From assembly GCA_963713045.1 (NCBI GenBank), contig CAVQKE010000001.1, forward strand, positions 416,001-480,000: a stretch of 64,000 bases of DNA. The letters run 5' to 3'. Both the position numbers and the translations under genes were made by a program. This document shows positions 57,594 to 64,000 of this stretch, piece after piece; positions within the stretch are counted from its first letter, which is position 1; each line of letters begins with the position of its first letter. Source of the stretch: an uncultured delta proteobacterium (GTDB lineage: Bacteria > Myxococcota > Myxococcia > Myxococcales > Myxococcaceae). The notes below the pieces were generated by a model that saw only the letters and a list, made by a program, of their open reading frames with translations, did no database searches and was not told the origin of the DNA.

Positions 57594-57629
57594 CACCAGT
57601 TAACCCCGGGGGGCTCGCTGGAGGGGAAA

Positions 57630-59228
57630 ATGCAACGGCGTACGCTCGTCTGCCTCCTCTTGGGCCTCTCCATGCTGCCAGGGTGCAGCAAAGACCCTTC
57701 GACGCCGGAGTACTGGCAGGGCCAACTCGACGCGGCCAAACGTCCCTCCGAGAAGGTGCGGGTGGTGGACGCCCTGCGCAGCTCCGGGAAGCTGAACAAG
57801 TCCTTTCTGCCGATGTTGGAAGCGGAATTGGCCAAGGAGAAGAACGCCGAAGAAAAGGGTGCGCTGGCCCGCGCCATTGGCGACTTACAGGACCCAAGCA
57901 GCGTCCCGGCCCTCTCCGATGCGTTGGACCTCTCCTCCTCGGACGGCGCCACCAGCCGGATGAATTCGGCCATCGCCCAGGCCCTGGGCAGCACCCACGA
58001 CCCGCGCGCCGTTCCGGCGCTCCTCAAGCTGCTCAAATCCAAGGACGACTACGTCCGGATTGACGCCATTCAAGCGCTGGGGGCCCTCAAGGCCCCGGAG
58101 GCGGTGGCCCCGCTGATGGAGCTCGCCCTGGATGACGCCAGCTCGCCCCAGGTGAATCGCCGGGCGGTGGCGGCACTCGGCGACATTGGCGATGCCAAGG
58201 CCGTCGCGGTGCTGCTGAAGGCACTCTACAAGCAGCGCGGAAATCAGAATTTCTCGAGCGAGGCCAGCTTCTCCCTCTACCAAGTCGGAAAGCCGGCGGT
58301 GGACGCCCTGGTGCGCGTCGTCCAGGGCGAGGACGCGGACCTCAGTGCCTGGGCCCGCCGGCGAGACGTGGACGGCACGGTGCTGGTGGTGCGAGCCACC
58401 GACGTCCTGAAGGACTTCGCCGCCCCGCAAGCCGAGCCGGCGCTGTTGAAGAAGCTGTCCTTTCAAAACCCAGACGCCAGCATGCAGTGGTATGGGCGGA
58501 TGTTTGCCGCCAACGGCCTCGGCAAGTTACGCGCCCAGCCAGCCGTCGCCCCGTTGATGGTGATGGTGGTGGATGAGAATGAACCGCTCCCCCGGGCGGA
58601 GTACGCCCGGGCGCTGGTGCTGGTCGGCAACCGGGAGGCCCTGCCGGCCCTCTTCAAGGCAGCCGGCAAGGGCACCTGGAATGCCCGGCAATTCGCGGTG
58701 GCCTCGCTCAGCATGCTGGGCGACGACCGCGAGTTGGCCGGCTTTGACAAGTTGGCGCAAGCCGAGCCGGCGCTGGCCGCCTCCGAATGCAAGCAGTACG
58801 GGTGCGCCACGCCGGCCAGCGAAGTGGCCCAGCAACGGGCCAAGGTGTTTGCCGTGTTTCGCAGCTCGCTGGAGGCCGCCGGCAGCTGCAAGCAGGACTA
58901 CGCCTGCTGGGCGGGGAAGCTGAAAGACACGTCGGCTTCAGCGCCGGTGCGTCAGCGGGCGGCGCTGGAAATTGGCCGCTCCGGGCACGCCGAGTTCGCC
59001 ACCACCTTGGCGCAACTGGTGGACGAGTCGGACGCCGAAACGCGGATGGCCGTCCTGCAGGGCCTCTCCTGGCTGGTGAAAGGCGGGACGGCCGCGGCGA
59101 TGGCCCTCAAGGACGTGGTGCCCAAGCTGGAGCAGCGCCTGGAGGAGGACCGGGGGAAGCAGGACTACGTTGCAACCAGCGAGGCGCTGCGGCGGCTGTT
59201 GGTGGACATCAGCCGCCGGAGAGGCTGA
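57630..59228 (+). CDS. HEAT/PBS-lyase repeat lipoprotein
   Basis: Lipobox LPG|C; repeated ALG.I.D..AV..L..L units. Confidence 0.85.
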   Translation: MQRRTLVCLLLGLSMLPGCSKDPSTPEYWQGQLDAAKRPSEKVRVVDALRSSGKLNKSFLPMLEAELAKEKNAEEKGALARAIGDLQDPSSVPALSDALDLSSSDGATSRMNSAIAQALGSTHDPRAVPALLKLLKSKDDYVRIDAIQALGALKAPEAVAPLMELALDDASSPQVNRRAVAALGDIGDAKAVAVLLKALYKQRGNQNFSSEASFSLYQVGKPAVDALVRVVQGEDADLSAWARRRDVDGTVLVVRATDVLKDFAAPQAEPALLKKLSFQNPDASMQWYGRMFAANGLGKLRAQPAVAPLMVMVVDENEPLPRAEYARALVLVGNREALPALFKAAGKGTWNARQFAVASLSMLGDDRELAGFDKLAQAEPALAASECKQYGCATPASEVAQQRAKVFAVFRSSLEAAGSCKQDYACWAGKLKDTSASAPVRQRAALEIGRSGHAEFATTLAQLVDESDAETRMAVLQGLSWLVKGGTAAAMALKDVVPKLEQRLEEDRGKQDYVATSEALRRLLVDISRRRG

Positions 59229-60558
59229 CCTCGCTGCGCTCCGGCGCCGCCGGCCGCACCGGCGGCGGTTGAAAGGCCGTCGGCAGGAAGCTTTGCGGAA
59301 GCAGCTTCACCAGCGCCGCCAACAGCAGCATGCCCCCCGGCGCGGCGAAGATGGCCACCGCCGGAAGGACTTTGGCCAAGTCCAGAAGCTGCTCCCGCAT
59401 CTGGCGCCGCTCGGAGGCATTCAGGGCTTGGCCGCGGACCAGCCGGCTCAACAGCACCGACAGCTCTCCCACTTGGTGCGCCTCGGACAACAGCACCTGG
59501 AGGCTTCGGTCCAACGTCCCTTGCATCGAATCCACCAGCTCATCTCCCAGGCGGGTGGCGCCGTCCTGGACGGCGAAGACGTCCAACACCGCGCGGTGGT
59601 GGGCGTAGAAGTCCGCCACCTCCCCTTCCAGCGCAGCCAATTCCCTTGGCGAGAAGCCCAAGGCGTTGGCCAAGCTGAGGATGAAGGCCACCTCCTTGGC
59701 CGAACGCCGCCCCTCCACCAGCGAGGCCAGCACCGTCTGCTCGACGACGAAGCGCCGCATCTCTCGGCTGCGGACCCGGGCCACCAGCCCGGGCAAGTCC
59801 CCCGGCCCCTCAAAGGCGCGCCTCAGCCGGCTGCGCAGTTCCCCCGCCAGCCGCCGTGGCAGCCCGAGGTCATCCACCTGGCGGAGGATGGCCCGGCGCG
59901 CGGTGGCGGCCGGGGCGCGGTCCGCGGAGGCCAGCGCCGTCAGCACTTCCACCAAAAGGGCCTTCTGCCGCGCCGCCACGCCCAACAGGCGCTGCAGGCG
60001 TGGGCGCTGAAGCCGGCGGCCGCTCCACACGTCCAGCACCAGGTGCGCGAACAGCTGCGCGTCGACGTAGGTGGCGCCGTTGTGGAGGAGAAGGCCGTAG
60101 ACGCGGTCGGCGGAAATGGACAGGGAACGGCGGACGAGGGCCGCTTCCAGGCGGCTCCACAGTCGCTGGGGCACCGGAGTCCCCTTGGCCAGGTGCTCGG
60201 CCAGCGCGTCGGCCAGCGGCAACTGCCCCGTCCAAAGCGCGAAAATGCGGGCCAGTTGCACCGCGCGGGGCCCAGCCGGGACGTCGAAGAGGACGGCGGC
60301 GTCCAGGGCGAAGCGGGCCAGGGTGCGCAGCACTGCGAGAAACAGCGTCTGTGCCGGTCGGGCCTCCGGCCGGATGTCCTCGGGGAGGTTGGGCGTCCCG
60401 TAGACTAGGCCGCTGTCCCGCAGCGCGCGGTGCAGGTAGGCGCGGGCACACGCCATCGGCCGAGAGAGGGTGGGGGCCTCGAGCGCCGGGGCGCGGGCCT
60501 GTCGGGCCACGACGTCGTCGAGCAATCGAGGCAGCCAACCGGCTGGGGTGTGTTGCAT
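59209..60558 (-). CDS. LETM1-related / TerB-like domain protein
   Basis: TerB-like helices (LASLVEGRRSAKEVAFILSLANALG); C-terminal QLLDLAKVLPAVAIFAAPGGMLLL...FLPTAF resembling the LETM1 membrane segment. Confidence 0.7.
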   Translation of the reverse strand: MQHTPAGWLPRLLDDVVARQARAPALEAPTLSRPMACARAYLHRALRDSGLVYGTPNLPEDIRPEARPAQTLFLAVLRTLARFALDAAVLFDVPAGPRAVQLARIFALWTGQLPLADALAEHLAKGTPVPQRLWSRLEAALVRRSLSISADRVYGLLLHNGATYVDAQLFAHLVLDVWSGRRLQRPRLQRLLGVAARQKALLVEVLTALASADRAPAATARRAILRQVDDLGLPRRLAGELRSRLRRAFEGPGDLPGLVARVRSREMRRFVVEQTVLASLVEGRRSAKEVAFILSLANALGFSPRELAALEGEVADFYAHHRAVLDVFAVQDGATRLGDELVDSMQGTLDRSLQVLLSEAHQVGELSVLLSRLVRGQALNASERRQMREQLLDLAKVLPAVAIFAAPGGMLLLAALVKLLPQSFLPTAFQPPPVRPAAPERSEVSLSGG

Positions 60559-60594
60559 GGCCCTATCCGGGCTCTAACCTTCTGGTGACGCTGT

Positions 60595-60623
60595 CTGCAA
60601 GGCCAGCGGGAGGGCCCTTGCAG
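60595..60623 (-). terminator. Hairpin downstream of recA
   Basis: CTGCAAGG...CCTTGCAG stem about 10 nt after the recA stop; no U-tract. Confidence 0.45.
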
Positions 60624-60632
60624 GCGTGGGGG

Positions 60633-61709
<1,077 letters not shown>

Positions 61710-61740
61710 GTTGGACGCGCCCTTCTTTGGATGGACAGAC

Positions 61741-61756
61741 CTGAACGTCTGTTCTC
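61741..61756. promoter_or_regulatory. LexA (SOS) box upstream of recA
   Basis: CTGAAC-GTCT-GTTCTC (GAAC-N4-GTTC core; first 14 positions match CTRHAMRYBYGTTC), about 30 nt upstream of the recA ATG. Confidence 0.75.
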
Positions 61757-61871
61757 GTACCTCAACTTGGAGTCGTAGTCGAGCCCTCTGACAGCGCCCC
61801 GGGCCCCCCGGGAGCCTCAATCTGTAAGACTGGCCAGCAGCAGGCGCCCCGCAACTTGCGCCGGGCGCCTC

Positions 61872-62483
61872 GTGTTCGAGGACTCTGTGGATGTGGACGC
61901 TGATGCGGAGCTGATGCTCCGGGTCGTCGCCGGCGACCGCGCCGCCTTTGCGTCCCTGTTTGACCAGCACCACCGGGGCGTGGCGCAGTTCGCCTTCCGC
62001 TTCGTCGGGGACCGGGCGCGGGCGGAGGAGCTGACGCAGGACATTTTCGTGAAGCTGTACCGGAACGCCGGCCGCTACCGGCCCAGCGCGAAGTTTACGA
62101 CGTACCTCTACCGGGTGGCGGCCAACCATTGCCTGAATGAGGTCCGCCGCGGGGAGTACCGGGTGAAGCACGTGTCCACCGCTTGCGAAGAGGATGAGCC
62201 GCTGCAGACGCCAGCGCCCGAGGCGCACCGCCCGGACCACCAGCTGGCAGCGCGGGAGCTGGAGTCGGCCGTCGGCCAGGCGCTGGCGGCACTTTCCCCG
62301 CGGGAGCGGACCGCCTTCACCCTGTGCCGCTTCGAAGGGATGACCTACCGAGACATCGCCCAGGTGCTGCAGGCGAGCGAGGCGGCCGTCAAAAGCCTCA
62401 TCCACCGCGCCACCTTGTCGGTGGCGCGACACATCCAAGCTTTTCAGGCCGGGGCCGACGAGCCCCTTCGGAGTCGGGCATGA
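61872..62483 (+). CDS. ECF RNA polymerase sigma factor
   Basis: [29 protein letters not shown]...EGMTYRDIA...VKSLIHRA; start could be 61887 or 61914. Confidence 0.93.
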   Translation: MFEDSVDVDADAELMLRVVAGDRAAFASLFDQHHRGVAQFAFRFVGDRARAEELTQDIFVKLYRNAGRYRPSAKFTTYLYRVAANHCLNEVRRGEYRVKHVSTACEEDEPLQTPAPEAHRPDHQLAARELESAVGQALAALSPRERTAFTLCRFEGMTYRDIAQVLQASEAAVKSLIHRATLSVARHIQAFQAGADEPLRSRA

Positions 62484-62965
62484 GCTGTGACCTTGAGAGC
62501 GAGTTGACCGCCTATCTGGACGGAGAGCTGTCGCCGCAGCGGACGACGGCCGTGCGCGCTCACCTTGCCGGTTGCGCCGCCTGTCGTTCCACCGAAGCAC
62601 TGTTGCGCAGCGCGGTGGTGACCCTGGACGGACTGCCGGCCTTCGAGCCCTCGGTCGGCCTGCGGCGCGCCGTGATGCAGCGGCTGGACACGGCGCCCTC
62701 TGCGCTCGGCGAGCGGCTCCGCCGGTGGCTTCGGCCCAGCGTGTTTCTCCCGTCGGCGGCGGTGCTGGTGTCGGCGGGGGTGGTGGCGGTGCTGCTCGCC
62801 TCGGGCAGCCTCGGCCACCGCCTACCGGCAGAGCTTCGGGACGCCCAGGCGCTGGATGTGGCGATGAATTACGACGTCCTTCGCGACTATGACGTGCTCG
62901 GGGTCGACAACCCGGACGACGTCGAGGTGGTGGCGCAACTCGACCGGCTGGAGGCTCGACCATGA
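62480..62965 (+). CDS. Zinc-binding (zf-HC2) transmembrane anti-sigma factor
   Basis: AYLDGEL...HLAGCAAC, one TM helix, short periplasmic tail; ATGA overlap. Confidence 0.9.
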   Translation: MSCDLESELTAYLDGELSPQRTTAVRAHLAGCAACRSTEALLRSAVVTLDGLPAFEPSVGLRRAVMQRLDTAPSALGERLRRWLRPSVFLPSAAVLVSAGVVAVLLASGSLGHRLPAELRDAQALDVAMNYDVLRDYDVLGVDNPDDVEVVAQLDRLEARP

Positions 62966-63450
62966 GGGCGCAGCTCCTCCGTTGGGCCGTCTTGGGACTG
63001 GCATTTCTCTGCCCCTTGGCCCGGGCCCAAGGCAGTGACACCGACGCAGCAGCGCGCTTCCAGAGTCTTTCTGAGGAGCGCAAGGAGGCGCTGCGACAGC
63101 GGCTGGCCGACTTCAAGGCGCTCTCGCCGGAAGAGCAGGCCCGCATTCGCGACAACCTTCAGAAGTGGCAGGCCCTGCCGGCGGAGGATCGCGCCCGCGT
63201 GCTCGCCAACCTGCAGGCCTTTGAAAAGCTGAGTCCCGAGGCGCAAGCCGAGCTGCGGGCCGCGGCTCGCACCTTTGGCCAGCTTAGCCCAGAGGCGCAG
63301 GCCGAGGTGCGCAAGCGCTTCGACGAATACCTCCGGGCAAATCCTGACCGCCGCGAACAGCTGATCAAGAATCTCAAGCGGTGGAGGGCCATGACCCGCG
63401 AGGAGCGAGAGGAGATGCGGGAGCGGCTGCGCGAGCACCGCAACAAGTGA
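62962..63450 (+). CDS. DUF3106-family exported helical-repeat protein
   Basis: Signal peptide then about 7 x 18-aa [F/W]xxL[S/P]xE repeats. Confidence 0.85.
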   Translation: MRAQLLRWAVLGLAFLCPLARAQGSDTDAAARFQSLSEERKEALRQRLADFKALSPEEQARIRDNLQKWQALPAEDRARVLANLQAFEKLSPEAQAELRAAARTFGQLSPEAQAEVRKRFDEYLRANPDRREQLIKNLKRWRAMTREEREEMRERLREHRNK

Positions 63451-63701
63451 GGGCCTGCCGGCTGAAGCCGGCGCTGGTGAGTCTTTTGGTGGGCTGGATG
63501 GTGGCCGGCGTGTCCGCCGCCCAACCGGACGCCGGCCGCCGCCCGGACGCCGGAGGGCCATTGTCTGCCCGGGGACGCGATGGCGGGGCGACAAGTCCCC
63601 TCAACGCCGCGGACCAGGAGGTGGTGGACAACCTGGAGCTTCTTGAACATCTGCCGGAAGCAGACCTGCTTCCGCTGCTGCTGCCGGTGCGCGACCAGTA
63701 G
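63447..63701 (+). CDS. Small exported hypothetical protein in the ECF operon
   Basis: GTGA overlap, hydrophobic leader, PDAG repeats, DQEVVDNLELLE motif. Confidence 0.6.
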   Translation: MRACRLKPALVSLLVGWMVAGVSAAQPDAGRRPDAGGPLSARGRDGGATSPLNAADQEVVDNLELLEHLPEADLLPLLLPVRDQ

Positions 63702-63713
63702 GCCCCCTTGCCC

Positions 63714-64000
63714 TCAGCCTTCGGCAGCCGGGGCGGCACTGGGCCCCGGCCTCCGGGCAGGCAGCAATAAGCCAAGGACAATGGCCACCGCCGGCGCCAG
63801 GTAGGCCAAGGTGACGAAGCACCACATGAAGGCACCGGCCAGCTGCTGGTCCGCCAGTGCCGAGGCGCCGGCTGCCGGGGCGCCGGCGAGGTAATGCGGG
63901 TACACCACCCGGCCGCAGAAGGCGAGGAAGGCCGAGAGCGCATCGCAGGGCAGCGTCGCCAAAAACAGGTACAGGACGAGGGTCCACCGCGGCCAGCGGG
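63714..64000 (-). CDS. Cytochrome c oxidase caa3 assembly factor CtaG-like (partial, C-terminus)
   Basis: LSAFLAF...VYPHY...ALADQQLAGAFMW. Confidence 0.75.
   Translation of the reverse strand, partial: RWPRWTLVLYLFLATLPCDALSAFLAFCGRVVYPHYLAGAPAAGASALADQQLAGAFMWCFVTLAYLAPAVAIVLGLLLPARRPGPSAAPAAEG

Overview
GC-rich, gene-dense chromosomal segment, most likely from a myxobacterium (Myxococcota). The assignment rests on the oar-mlpA / tonB-exbB-exbD-exbD cluster, myxobacterial-type LexA boxes and the overall gene set. About 55 CDSs run from the 3' end of ftsK to a partial ctaG-like gene. Housekeeping genes include plsY, pssA, cinA, ltaE, nth, def, priA, pfkA, rsmB, fmt and recA. The window also carries an Oar-type TonB system, a DsbD plus peroxiredoxin-like pair, a CzcCBA-type RND efflux operon and an ECF sigma/anti-sigma/DUF3106 operon. 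I saw no rRNA, tRNA, CRISPR array, integrase or transposase. Most notable observations: (1) a 103-aa stand-alone sigma70 region-4-like protein with an altered recognition helix, downstream of a LexA-box-like palindrome similar to the one at recA (candidate SOS-controlled sigma4 decoy); (2) an RND periplasmic adaptor made of two complete adaptor modules fused in one chain, in an operon with a sigma54-type promoter predicting a near-leaderless transcript; (3) several apparent pseudo-enzymes (AroQ-like, M3-peptidase-like, pseudo-receiver/J-like); (4) a LETM1/TerB-like gene behind recA; (5) an orphan PD-(D/E)xK-like nuclease. All family assignments come from motif recognition by eye; no database searches were run.
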